Positions 8,454 through 17,316 of a DNA stretch of 23,761 bases are shown here, one piece after another. The stretch is from a virus (taxonomy: Duplodnaviria > Heunggongvirae > Uroviricota > Caudoviricetes). The stretch covers positions 64,001 through 87,761 of the IMG/VR virus record IMGVR_UViG_3300001598_000039. One strand, 5' to 3'. Position 1 is the stretch's first letter; each line of letters opens with the position of its first letter. A program made the translations under genes and the position numbers. The notes under the pieces are model-generated. The model did no database searches, was not told where the DNA came from, and saw only the letters and a program-made list of their open reading frames with translations.

Positions 8454-8459
8454 ATTCTA
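8454..8459 (-). promoter_or_regulatory. -10 box (TAGAAT), probably leaderless
   Basis: Intergenic, 6 nt before ATG 8447. Confidence 0.5.
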
Positions 8460-8474
8460 CCCAGGCGGACGACA

Positions 8475-9536
8475 TCATTTGATCTTCCAATGGATGCGGT
8501 CGTAGTAGGGGAAGACGTTGCTCGAAGTCGTAGTCTGGCTGCACCAATAGTTGGACGGGACTACACATGATGTTCCATCTGCACCAACACTTAGGTCGTA
8601 GTGGTCGCTGGAGATGTAGCCGGAAACAGGACCGCACTCTTCCTCATAGCTGTTGACTTCAGCGATGTACTCATTGAAGTCACTCATTGTTGGCGTTGGG
8701 TAGAAGCCAAGCTCGAGGCTGTTGATGATAGGAGTGAAGCCGTTGTACACTTCAGCGCTCAAGTCTGGGTTCTGGACCAGTGTTTCGACTTTGCCGGTGA
8801 CCAGTGAAGTCAGTGTAGCAGTCATCTCCGTGTCTGGGTACTGCTCATGGAACGATGAGACTTGGTTTGGATGGACAATGACACGCTGCTCTTCGACATA
8901 CGTTGAGAGGCATGAAGACAAGACTTGCTGCGGTACAAGTGATGCTTGCTTAGTTCCTCCAAACAAGAAAGTCTAGAACGTGAAGTTGAAGGTGCTAGTA
9001 TGCAAGTCAAGCTGCGAAGCGTCCAGCTCATCTGGATGCTCTTCATTGACTCCATCGTCCATGATGATCTTGTTGTTCAGTCTGATGCCTTCATACTTTG
9101 GGTGCTGTGCTGAGATGAAGGTGTTGGAGTTGAAGAACACCATGAAGTTCGAGGCGATCTGGTCGACATCACTTGGGTACTTCGCGACGACACTGACTTC
9201 GTAGCTGATGTCGATAGGGATTGGAGTCAGCAAGTCATAGCGGCGGTCTTTCGACGTGACCTCATACTTGACTTCATTGTGCAGGTCATTCACCCGATCA
9301 CCATTCCGGCTGTAGCCGTTGCGGTTGATGATGATCATTGGAAGCCGATACATGCCTTCACGGTTGCTGTTCTCCAGCGCCTTGACGATGCGTGACCGCT
9401 GTCCAAGCTTGCACATGACATCTATCATGCTGCTCTTGCCTTTGGGGTCAACGCGCTCGATCTTGATGTTGGAGAAGATCTTCTTGAACATCAAGTTGGC
9501 GATAGCAAGTTCGCTGTTGTAGCTTACGACTTCCAT
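8475..9536 (-). CDS. T4 gp15-like tail terminator/completion protein, 353 aa with one in-frame TAG (8973-8975)
   Basis: Track ORFs 8973..9536 and 8475..8966 are in the same frame. The junction reads STFNFTF*TFLFGG, continuing the terminal gp15-like strand. RLPMI..NR and PIPIDISYEVSV..DVDQIASN motifs. GTAAATA box 6 nt upstream. Confidence 0.75.
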
Positions 9537-9542
9537 TGACTC

Positions 9543-9549
9543 TATTTAC
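9543..9549 (-). promoter_or_regulatory. Late promoter box GTAAATA
   Basis: 6 nt before ATG 9536 of the gp15-like gene. Confidence 0.6.
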
Positions 9550-9565
9550 CCGTCGATGGAAGGTG

Positions 9566-10015
9566 TCAATTGAGCTGCTTCTCCGTCAAGATGACGAACT
9601 CTGCCCCATTCTGGCGTGCGGTGACTTTAGCTTGTGCCCACTTGCAGCTGTTCACGACCCAAGTGGTGTTCTGCTGCACATTGTTCTTGTTCTTTGGAGC
9701 ATGGGTTTCGCCAAATGGCTTGACTTCGATCCAGAAAGTCTTGCATCCAACTGCAGTCTTGGCAACGGCAATGAAGTCGATGAAGTACCTGCGTGTCTTT
9801 TGGTGGATACGATCAAAGTACTAGATGCACTTTGGCTCATACTGCCATTTGATGATGGCTGGGTTCTTGTCTAGGTACTGCATGCACCGCAGCTCAAGCG
9901 CGGACTTGAAGACCGGCTGTTGCTGCCCGGCGTACTTCTGCGGGTATAGCGGATAGAACGTTCCAGTTTTGGCTGCGTTGTACTTCCCGCGCTTCCCTTC
10001 GTGGACTTGAACCAT
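9566..10015 (-). CDS. gp4: T4 gp4-like head completion protein (TnsA-like endonuclease fold), 149 aa with one in-frame TAG (9821-9823)
   Basis: GTFYPLYPQKY..FKSALELRCMQYLDKNPAIIKWQYEPKCI*YFDRIHQKTRRYFIDF..WIEVKP..NSCKW..A..NGAEFVILTEKQL. The conserved RRY.IDF and IEVKP motifs lie after the TAG. Ends TGA 9566-9568. Confidence 0.88.
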
Positions 10016-11036
10016 ATGTTGCTTTCTTCTGTTCGGCCTCAACCCACAGCCCATTCTGGATGAGATGCATCTTCATCATCAGCTTGTCTGCTACCAGCTT
10101 CTCGAGCTTCGCGGGATCAGCAAAGGTATTTACATTGCCCTTGGCCAGGACATAGTCATTGATGTCCTTCTCTTTGGTGTTCCGGTTGAACCACTTGAAG
10201 TACTTGAAGTCATTGTCCTTAGACATCAGCTTGGCCATCGCAGCAATGCCTGGCACGTCGTTGTCAAAGGAGACTACAACCTGATGGTGAGGATAGCGGT
10301 CTTTGATGAGCTTCAGCTGGCAGTCATTGATGGACTTTGTGCCCGTGCAGATGCCGTTCTTGACGAAGAGGCTGTCATAGAAGCCTTCAAAGACAAAGAT
10401 GTAGGGGAAGCAGACGTCAACTGCATCTAGTCCAGCAACAAGCTTGCGGCTGTCCTTTGGGAAGATGTACTTCAGGTTGCCATGCTTCTGGAAGTCGTTG
10501 AGCTGGAAGTAGGCATCTACTCCGTTGAGCACCCAGTCAATCAGGATGTACTCCTTTCCCTTCGGGCTCGTCCAGCTGTATAAGTCATCATGGTAGAATG
10601 GAGCGTCTAGGACATGCCTCTTGGAGAGGTAGTCTTTAGCGGCGTCAGTCAAGCTGTTCTTCCATTCTGGCTTGACCATCGGCTTCAAGTCGAACATCGA
10701 CGGCTCAGCGTCTGGCTTGTCTCCGCACCAAGCCGACAAGTTTGGGTTGATGCCTGACTTTAAGAACAGCTTGATGTACTCTTTCTTGATCTCCGCGTAG
10801 TCGTATCCAGCAACAGCTTCAAGGAACTTGATGCCAGACATCGCGCAACCGCAGTTGAAGCAGTAGTACGACCCAGTTGAAAGGTAGAACCAACCGCGCG
10901 CCTTTGTCTTGGACTTGTGCGAGTCGCCACAGATTGGACAGCGCCCATGGAGCTTGTTTCCAATCCGCCTCCATCCAGGAGGAAGATGCTCCATCACTCG
11001 CTCGTCGATGAACTGTATGAACTCATAGGACAGCAT
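9894..11036 (-). CDS. gp61: T4 gp61-like DNA primase
   Basis: Zn finger RCPICGDS..KARGWFY..YCFNCG; TOPRIM FEGFYDSLF and FDND; KDIND. The C-terminus overlaps gp4 by 122 nt. Confidence 0.92.
   Translation of the reverse strand: MLSYEFIQFIDERVMEHLPPGWRRIGNKLHGRCPICGDSHKSKTKARGWFYLSTGSYYCFNCGCAMSGIKFLEAVAGYDYAEIKKEYIKLFLKSGINPNLSAWCGDKPDAEPSMFDLKPMVKPEWKNSLTDAAKDYLSKRHVLDAPFYHDDLYSWTSPKGKEYILIDWVLNGVDAYFQLNDFQKHGNLKYIFPKDSRKLVAGLDAVDVCFPYIFVFEGFYDSLFVKNGICTGTKSINDCQLKLIKDRYPHHQVVVSFDNDVPGIAAMAKLMSKDNDFKYFKWFNRNTKEKDINDYVLAKGNVNTFADPAKLEKLVADKLMMKMHLIQNGLWVEAEQKKATYGSSPRREAREVQRSQNWNVLSAIPAEVRRAATAGLQVRA
10127..10133 (-). promoter_or_regulatory. Candidate internal late promoter GTAAATA for gp4
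   Basis: Exact motif inside the primase 3' region, about 110 nt upstream of the gp4 ATG. Confidence 0.4.
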
Positions 11037-11047
11037 AGTTTCTTATC

Positions 11048-11473
11048 TTACTTCGCCAAGATGTTCCGAATGACTTGGTCTAGCACTAAGATGTTGTCCT
11101 TGCTGATCGAGATGAAGTTCTTGATCTGCCAAGACTTCAGGCTGATAGTCTTCATCTTGCAGTCGACCAAGTCCCAAGACATGACTGAGTCCATCTTGTT
11201 CGTCTTTATGCCTGAAGATGATGTCTTGGCGAACTTTGCCTTGTCTTTGGCCTTAAGAGCCTTGAAGACATTGATGAATGGCGTGTTTGAGGTGCAGACG
11301 ACAGAATGAGCTTCTCCATCGGCGCCTTTGAACTCGATCTCCGCGATGTTGAACGCCAAGAACAGCTCAAGGTCAGCTTTGCTATGCCTGAGCTTTGACC
11401 ATTTGGCCATGTCTTCGGCTTCAGTCTGCAGAAGCTTGTTCCCAGACTCGCGCAACTTCTTGATGATGTCCAT
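11048..11473 (-). CDS. Hypothetical protein, possibly WYL_2/DUF2693-like SH3 fold
   Basis: 141 aa; EIEFKGADG...VVCT and SWDLVDCKMKTI resemble that family as recalled; ends TAA. Confidence 0.5.
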   Translation of the reverse strand: MDIIKKLRESGNKLLQTEAEDMAKWSKLRHSKADLELFLAFNIAEIEFKGADGEAHSVVCTSNTPFINVFKALKAKDKAKFAKTSSSGIKTNKMDSVMSWDLVDCKMKTISLKSWQIKNFISISKDNILVLDQVIRNILAK

Positions 11474-12252
11474 CAGCTCTTGAGCAAAGTGTTGTAGATA
11501 CTGAGGCTGAAGTAGCTGTCATTCTTGCCTTCAAGCCGTGTCCTGCTTACGAGGCATGGGCGGTCCATCAAGCTGATCTTGATCTCCGACGACGGTATGG
11601 CGTTGAAGAGGTTCATGCGCTCAAGGTCAATCGCAAGAGTGCGGTCTGCAATGGAGCCAAGAGTGATGAGGCCAAATTTGAACGTCATCTCATTGTTCAG
11701 GTCAGACTCACGGTTGCCAATCGTCGCATACAAGGCGTTGTTCTCCATGTCTGCCTTAGTCTCAAGGTAGACGCGCATCGTCGTTGGATCGGTGAAGATG
11801 TATGAATGGCTGTTGACTTGGCGGATGATGTCCGTCGTCGTAGTGAACTCAAATGTCGGCGTAAGAGTGGTGGTCACCTTCTCAGACACCCACCTGCTGA
11901 TGATGCCTTCATTCTGAGTGCCATACTTGGTCTTGAACTTCTTCGACTCAAACCGGACATGCGGAAGGTCGACTGTGAACTTGAAGTTGGCATAGTCTCC
12001 AGCATGGATGTCTTTCACCGTCGTCAGGACTTTGAGGAATGTCTGTAGATTCTCCACCGCGAAAGTCACCGTCTCAGGCGAATACACTGCATTTGAGACC
12101 ATCTCTGCTCTGGCGATGCGAGCTCTAGCGCCATAGATCTCCAGTCCGTTCTCTCCGATGATGAACTTCGCTGAGTCGACGATCTTAACTGCTGCCTTCA
12201 CCACTTCAACGAACAAGTCGAAGTCTCTGATCTGGATCTGTTTCTTAGCCAT
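11473..12252 (-). CDS. gp45-like DNA polymerase sliding clamp
   Basis: 259 aa with a beta-rich two-domain pattern typical of clamps, in a T4-like replication context; no diagnostic catalytic motif. Confidence 0.6.
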   Translation of the reverse strand: MAKKQIQIRDFDLFVEVVKAAVKIVDSAKFIIGENGLEIYGARARIARAEMVSNAVYSPETVTFAVENLQTFLKVLTTVKDIHAGDYANFKFTVDLPHVRFESKKFKTKYGTQNEGIISRWVSEKVTTTLTPTFEFTTTTDIIRQVNSHSYIFTDPTTMRVYLETKADMENNALYATIGNRESDLNNEMTFKFGLITLGSIADRTLAIDLERMNLFNAIPSSEIKISLMDRPCLVSRTRLEGKNDSYFSLSIYNTLLKS

Positions 12253-12258
12253 AGGGAT

Positions 12259-12267
12259 ATTTTACCA
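12259..12267 (-). promoter_or_regulatory. Extended -10 promoter TGGTAAAAT, probably leaderless
   Basis: TGn-TAAAAT ends 6 nt before ATG 12252. Confidence 0.6.
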
Positions 12268-12275
12268 TGTGCCGG

Positions 12276-12668
12276 TCACTCGGCCAGGCTGAACTTCTTC
12301 ACTAGGTTCTTGGTCATGCTGCGGAATGCTTTCTCTTGACCGCGCTGCAGAGCATAGAGCAAGTAGTAGCTGTACATGTCTTGCACCGAGACTCGATTGG
12401 CGTTGTCAAGGAGAGGAAGCTCTTTGAGGACATCGCTGAAGACTGCTGGACGCTGCCAGTACATGAAGTCATTCAGCGCCAGGTCAATCAAGAACGTGGC
12501 GCTTCCTTCATCTAGCTTGTAGCTCTTGATGCAGTCGCCATACTTCAGCGAGACTTTCATGCAGAACTCCGCCACACTGCCTGCTTCAGCCATCAGCTTA
12601 GCAAGGAGCTTGTAGTTGTGGTTTGCCGGCGGTGGCGGAAGTGGAGTACAGTCTTTAGTCATCTGCAT
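12276..12668 (-). CDS. Hypothetical protein
   Basis: 130 aa, helical, fills the gap, has its own -10 box; ends TGA. Confidence 0.7.
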   Translation of the reverse strand: MQMTKDCTPLPPPPANHNYKLLAKLMAEAGSVAEFCMKVSLKYGDCIKSYKLDEGSATFLIDLALNDFMYWQRPAVFSDVLKELPLLDNANRVSVQDMYSYYLLYALQRGQEKAFRSMTKNLVKKFSLAE

Positions 12669-12674
12669 GGGACT

Positions 12675-12683
12675 ATTGTATCA
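12675..12683 (-). promoter_or_regulatory. Extended -10 promoter TGATACAAT, probably leaderless
   Basis: TGn-TACAAT ends 6 nt before ATG 12668. Confidence 0.6.
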
Positions 12684-12705
12684 TGCGTCTGACTAGCGGT
12701 TAAGC

Positions 12706-13482
12706 TCAAGCGAACTTGATCTGGCTGCCTGTCCTGGTGCAATGGGCAATGATGTCGCCCTTTGGGATCTGCCTGATTGGCGAGTTCGGCGGGACTTCAA
12801 GCTTCCACTTGCTACGGAAGTCGATCTCATGCATGAGGAAGTCCTTGTTCAGGATGCTCTTGCCGACGCTGAAGTGGTGGAGACTGCGCTCAATGATGAC
12901 ACCAAGCTTCAGGCGGTAGTTGATCATTGCTTGGAAGCTGATGTCTGTGTCGTAGAAGTCAAAGGTAAAGAGCGGGTCAAATGCTATCCCAGACTCAAGC
13001 GCCTTCTTGTTGAAGATGATGCAGAGGCCGTCGATGCAGGCGACTTCATGGTCAGTCGCATCTGGCGTATGCTGATTGAAGAGCGACTGCTTGTCGCCAA
13101 GTTCGCCATGGATGACGGATCCCCACTTGTTCTGCGGAGTAGGGTTGCTCCCGGTCCACCAATTCAATGGTGACTGGCTGACATTGACGACTTCAGTTCC
13201 GCAGAAGCCAATGACATCATACTTGTCGCCCGCAGTGATGATCTTAGGGATAGTCGCTCCAAGGTCAAACCAGACATCGGCGTGCATGAACATCATGAAG
13301 TCGTAGTTCGCACGGTCTTGGGCAAGATAAGTGTTGTAGACCTCAGCTAGCGACTTGGTGTTGTTGTCTACATAGCTGATGTTCATGTCTGCCAAGCTCG
13401 CGTACTTGGCGAACTCCTCGCCTTTCATCCTGAAAGAGCTGTCCTTCGAGACGATGACGACTTTGATCTTCTTGTTAGCCAT
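12706..13482 (-). CDS. Family-2 (GT-A fold) glycosyltransferase-like protein
   Basis: SLAEVYN, FMHADV (DxD-like), DVIGFCG, CIDGLCI, FDFYDTDIS, LHHFS; start MANKK at 13482. Confidence 0.75.
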   Translation of the reverse strand: MANKKIKVVIVSKDSSFRMKGEEFAKYASLADMNISYVDNNTKSLAEVYNTYLAQDRANYDFMMFMHADVWFDLGATIPKIITAGDKYDVIGFCGTEVVNVSQSPLNWWTGSNPTPQNKWGSVIHGELGDKQSLFNQHTPDATDHEVACIDGLCIIFNKKALESGIAFDPLFTFDFYDTDISFQAMINYRLKLGVIIERSLHHFSVGKSILNKDFLMHEIDFRSKWKLEVPPNSPIRQIPKGDIIAHCTRTGSQIKFA

Positions 13483-14242
13483 TCTGTTCTTCCTCTCTGA
13501 TGGTCTCATTCAAAAGCTGTGGCTGGCGTTCTGATGATTGCTCAAGGTCGATAGAGCAGTCATCAGTCTCCTGCTTGTCTTCGACCAACACCCACTTCTT
13601 CATCTCAATGTGCTTGCCGTCGATGCTGACGATCTTGTTGGTCTTGTCATTGACGATCCTGAGGTTGGCCGCTTCGTTGTCACTGAGCTTCATCCACTGT
13701 TTCTGGTAGATCTTGCCGTTGTCTTCCTTGATGTCGATCCCGCCGACAGAGTAGTACTTTGGCGGCTTAGGCGGCCTTTGGAAAGTGATTGGAGGACGCG
13801 GCTGAACTTGTGGACGAGCAAGAGTTCCTTGGTTCTGCCTGAGAGTTTGGATCGGAATGTTTGGCGCGCCTTTAGGGAGAGTCATGAACTTGACCGGCTC
13901 TGGTGTGCTTGGAGCGCCATCGACGACTTCACCAAGCTGCTGCGCTTGCGGCAACTGCACATCTCCGCCATCTGGGATGTCGTACTCTGCCAGGAACTCA
14001 ATGCTCTGGTCGCACATCCCATACATCTGCACCAGCTCCTGGCGGCTGTATGCTTCAACAACTTCTTTGCCTTTAGGCTTGCGGGCGATGAGGCCGCTGT
14101 CTTGGAGATCGTTCTCAAAGACCATGATCTCAAAGCGCTTCTTGCGCCGTTCTTCTGCCATAGTTCTGTTTCCTCTGCGTTCTTGCGTAGATGCGGAAGT
14201 CCAGCTTCTAGGCTTCAAGAGCTTAGACAACCACTTCAACAT
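13475..14242 (-). CDS. Hypothetical protein with a Pro/Gln-rich linker
   Basis: Start either ATG 14242 (6 nt after a -10 box) or ATG 14161; ends TAA, overlapping the GT start. Confidence 0.65.
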   Translation of the reverse strand: MLKWLSKLLKPRSWTSASTQERRGNRTMAEERRKKRFEIMVFENDLQDSGLIARKPKGKEVVEAYSRQELVQMYGMCDQSIEFLAEYDIPDGGDVQLPQAQQLGEVVDGAPSTPEPVKFMTLPKGAPNIPIQTLRQNQGTLARPQVQPRPPITFQRPPKPPKYYSVGGIDIKEDNGKIYQKQWMKLSDNEAANLRIVNDKTNKIVSIDGKHIEMKKWVLVEDKQETDDCSIDLEQSSERQPQLLNETIREEEQNG

Positions 14243-14248
14243 AATCCT

Positions 14249-14254
14249 ATTGTA
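14249..14254 (-). promoter_or_regulatory. -10 box TACAAT
   Basis: Just after the gp46 stop, 6 nt before ATG 14242. Confidence 0.55.
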
Positions 14255-14258
14255 CAGC

Positions 14259-16100
14259 TTATGCTTCGCTGTCGACGATCTTGCTGATGCCGTCCTTCTT
14301 CTGGACCTCAATGACTCGGTCGAACATCTCGGTATGCACTTCCGAGCGATGCGAGATGACGAAGACGCTCTGGTTGCTCGAAGATGTGAAGTCCTTGAAG
14401 ATCGACAAGATAGACTCGACTGCAAGAGTGTCAATGCCAGAGTCGATGTACTCATCGATGACCAGGATGTTCGAAGAGATGTTGCTGCGCTGGGCAATGA
14501 AGTCTCTGAACGACAGGCAAGTGGCGATCTCAAGGCGCTTCTTCTCACCACAGGAGAAGTTCTGCAGTTCGCACGGCCCAGATGCCGTTATGAACTCATA
14601 GTCTAGACTGTCATCGAAGACGCATGTGTAGTTTGCTCCCATCTTCGTCAGGTAGTACTTGATCCGGTTGTTGATGATGCCGATCAGGTCTTTGATGATG
14701 AACTTCTTCAGCGACTCGTGGCTGACGATCTCTTCAGCCTTCTTGAGGTACTTGTACGTCTTGCTGTAGGAGTCAAGTTGGTCTTGCTGGGCTTTCATCC
14801 TAGCTTCGGTTTGGCCAATCAGCTCAGCATATGGGTTCTTCTTTGCTTCCAACTGGCTCTTGTTGCTTTCAAGGAGAGCGAGGTTGCGCTCGGCTGCGCT
14901 CTGCTCAGCCTTGGCGCGATTGAAGTCCGCGGTCAAGCTTGTGAGCTTTGCCTTTAGTTCAGCAGTCTTTGTCACAACTGCTGCTTTTTTAGTGTCAAGC
15001 GCCTCTTGGTCAGCAATGACTTGACGCAGTTCGACGTTCTTAGCAGCAATCTCTCTGTCGGCGGCGGAGATAGCAGACTGGCAAGTGTCTAGGCTGTAGT
15101 GCTTGCTGAACACTCCCTTACAGTCATCACACAGCTTTGCCATCAAGTCTGCATGCTTGTCAATCTGCTTCTGCTGGTCTCGCCGGATTGACTGCTGCAT
15201 GCTGATGCTTGAGCTGATTGTGCTCTTCTTTGCGCTGAGGCTTGCAGACTTGACTGCTGCTTTCCGGCTTGCCTCATCTAGCTTAGTGAGTGATGCTTCA
15301 CACTTGGCGATCGCATCGGTGTTCTTCTCAACCGCGGTCGACATCAAGCGCTCAAGGTCGCCTTTGGCTTTGGTGATCTTAGCTTCGGTCTCAGCAAGTT
15401 CCGCAGCCTTTGACTCATCAAAGCTCTTGCTCTTTGCCGCGTAGTCCGCGGAGTTCTGCTCAAGGACAATCATCTGGTTCTGGCATGCCAAGATAGACTT
15501 GTCATGCTGGAGGATGTCCTTGTGTATTGCTTCGTGCATGTCGCCAAAGATGCCGATGTCGAAGAGCTTCTCAATGAAGTCCCGCTTGTCCTGCTTCTTG
15601 AGGTTGAAGAAGTTGTAGTTCTGCTCAGATGTCAACAAGATCGTGCGGAGGAACAGCGAGATGTCGCAGTGCAGCACCTCTTCTTCAAAGAAGCTGCGCG
15701 TCTCGGCGATAGATGACTTGGTGATGTCAACTTCGTTTCCGTCGGTGATCTGGACAAGCTCAAAGTATGATTGGGCGCACTTGTTCATGCCAGTCGTCGC
15801 CCTATACTGAGTTCCGTCTACGTCGAGGAACACCGAGACCCTGACTTCTTTGTCCGCGATGTTGCGGTTGGCGATGTGCTCAGCCTTGATCTTGTTTGGA
15901 AGCTGCCCATAGAGGCCGTACGCCAATGCTAAGAAGACGGTAGACTTGCCGGCGCCATTCTTGGAGTTAGCCGCATCAAAGCTGATGTCACAGTTCTTGC
16001 CTGTCACTAAGCTCATGCCCTTGTGTGAGGTGAAGTCAAACACCTCATCGCCAAATGACATGAAGTTGTGGATCTCTAGCCGATTGAAGTTTGCTCTCAT
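14259..16100 (-). CDS. gp46: T4 gp46-like (Rad50/SbcC) recombination ATPase
   Basis: Walker A NGAGKST, coiled coil with CDDC zinc hook, signature FSCGEKKR, Walker B VIDEYID, ISH. Confidence 0.93.
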   Translation of the reverse strand: MRANFNRLEIHNFMSFGDEVFDFTSHKGMSLVTGKNCDISFDAANSKNGAGKSTVFLALAYGLYGQLPNKIKAEHIANRNIADKEVRVSVFLDVDGTQYRATTGMNKCAQSYFELVQITDGNEVDITKSSIAETRSFFEEEVLHCDISLFLRTILLTSEQNYNFFNLKKQDKRDFIEKLFDIGIFGDMHEAIHKDILQHDKSILACQNQMIVLEQNSADYAAKSKSFDESKAAELAETEAKITKAKGDLERLMSTAVEKNTDAIAKCEASLTKLDEASRKAAVKSASLSAKKSTISSSISMQQSIRRDQQKQIDKHADLMAKLCDDCKGVFSKHYSLDTCQSAISAADREIAAKNVELRQVIADQEALDTKKAAVVTKTAELKAKLTSLTADFNRAKAEQSAAERNLALLESNKSQLEAKKNPYAELIGQTEARMKAQQDQLDSYSKTYKYLKKAEEIVSHESLKKFIIKDLIGIINNRIKYYLTKMGANYTCVFDDSLDYEFITASGPCELQNFSCGEKKRLEIATCLSFRDFIAQRSNISSNILVIDEYIDSGIDTLAVESILSIFKDFTSSSNQSVFVISHRSEVHTEMFDRVIEVQKKDGISKIVDSEA

Positions 16101-17272
16101 GCTGTCACCGCGTTGTAGTAGTTCTCCAAAGTCTTGAACAGCTGGCCTTTGTCCAAGCCGTCAGCGTCAAGTGCCTTCTGGTCAATGTTCTGGATGTAGT
16201 TGCTGATGTACTCAAGCTTGGACTTCTTGAGCAGCTCAATGCTCTTTGCCGCTTCTGGGGTCTGGACTCCTGTGTCTGCGACTCCAACCGCGTACTCAGG
16301 AAGCAGCTCTTCATATGGCTTGCAGTCTTGGATCTTCTGGTCGATCTTGCTGTCAACTAGGCGGTCGACTTCTATGTCGTAGACCTTGTGCAAGATGTTC
16401 CCTTTGACTTGGCTGAAGTCATAATGGTCAATGTCTTTGGTGACTTCGCTCATCTTCAGCTCGACGTGCTTAGGTACGCTTGTGATCTCCTGGAAGCTTA
16501 CTCCATTGTCTTGGCCGATGACATAGAAGCCACATCTGTTCCCCATCTCTCCGAGGTTCTGCTGATAAGGCGACCCGACAAAGATGAACTTGCGGCCTTT
16601 GGCAGCGAACTCCTTCCTACTGTGGATGTGCCCAGAGAAGACCGTTCCTCCAACTTTGGCTGTCTCGACGAAGTCTCCAACTTGGTCATTCACCGACTGG
16701 CTTCTAGATGAGCCGAGGGATGAGTCTGAGTCGATTGCATTGGCAACATTGCTGGACGCAGCTGGAGCTTGAGAATGGTCCTGGACATACGACTGGACCA
16801 AATACTTTGAAGAGACGTCGAAGTGCCCAAACAGCATGTCATAGCTGGCTTTAGACTCAGAAGAGACGTCTGCTAGCCATGGGACAAGCAGCGACTTGTT
16901 GCCATTGATGGAGAGTGGCGTCGCTGAAGTGATGATCTTGACGTTAGGGAGGTCTTTGAAGACCACTAGCGAGTTGACGTCGACGCTGTTCTTCATGTAG
17001 ATATCATGGTTGCCTACGACCATGTACACCGGAAAGCTGCGAGACAGAGCTGACATGAGCTTGTATGAGACATTGAGCACATTGTTCTCTGTCGAGACTC
17101 TGGAGTGGTTCCAGTCACCAAGGAAGAGGATCGCCTTGATGTCATTTGCCTTGGCGTACTTGATGACCTCTTTCACCGCTTGCACGGCGATCTTCAGCTT
17201 AGTCAGCTTGTTGCCAGCTAAGCCAAGATGCAGGTCGGTGAACACCAACGTCTTGCCTTCTATCTTGTCCAT
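16097..17272 (-). CDS. gp47: T4 gp47-like (Mre11/SbcD) nuclease
   Basis: FTDLHLG, LGDWNH, VGNHD, GHF and SGHIH metallophosphoesterase motifs; ATGA overlap with gp46. Confidence 0.92.
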   Translation of the reverse strand: MDKIEGKTLVFTDLHLGLAGNKLTKLKIAVQAVKEVIKYAKANDIKAILFLGDWNHSRVSTENNVLNVSYKLMSALSRSFPVYMVVGNHDIYMKNSVDVNSLVVFKDLPNVKIITSATPLSINGNKSLLVPWLADVSSESKASYDMLFGHFDVSSKYLVQSYVQDHSQAPAASSNVANAIDSDSSLGSSRSQSVNDQVGDFVETAKVGGTVFSGHIHSRKEFAAKGRKFIFVGSPYQQNLGEMGNRCGFYVIGQDNGVSFQEITSVPKHVELKMSEVTKDIDHYDFSQVKGNILHKVYDIEVDRLVDSKIDQKIQDCKPYEELLPEYAVGVADTGVQTPEAAKSIELLKKSKLEYISNYIQNIDQKALDADGLDKGQLFKTLENYYNAVTA

Positions 17273-17279
17273 AGAAGAC

Positions 17280-17285
17280 ATTGTA
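17280..17285 (-). promoter_or_regulatory. -10 box TACAAT, probably leaderless
   Basis: 7 nt before ATG 17272. Confidence 0.55.
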
Positions 17286-17301
17286 CACCAAGGACACAAA
17301 G

Positions 17302-17308
17302 GTAAATA
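17302..17308 (+). promoter_or_regulatory. Late promoter box GTAAATA
   Basis: 8 nt before ATG 17317. Confidence 0.6.
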
Positions 17309-17316
17309 GTTCTACC

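Noticed and set aside
8475-8966. Separate 163-aa gene starting at TTG 8966
   Set aside because: In frame with the gp15-like ORF two codons after the TAG, no RBS, and the gp15 strand motif spans the junction.
14270-14275. TCGACA as a -35 box, and similar TTTAC(C/T) hexamers at 17301 and 19954
   Set aside because: Spacing to the -10 box is only 15 nt and is not shared by the other promoters, so I make no -35 calls.
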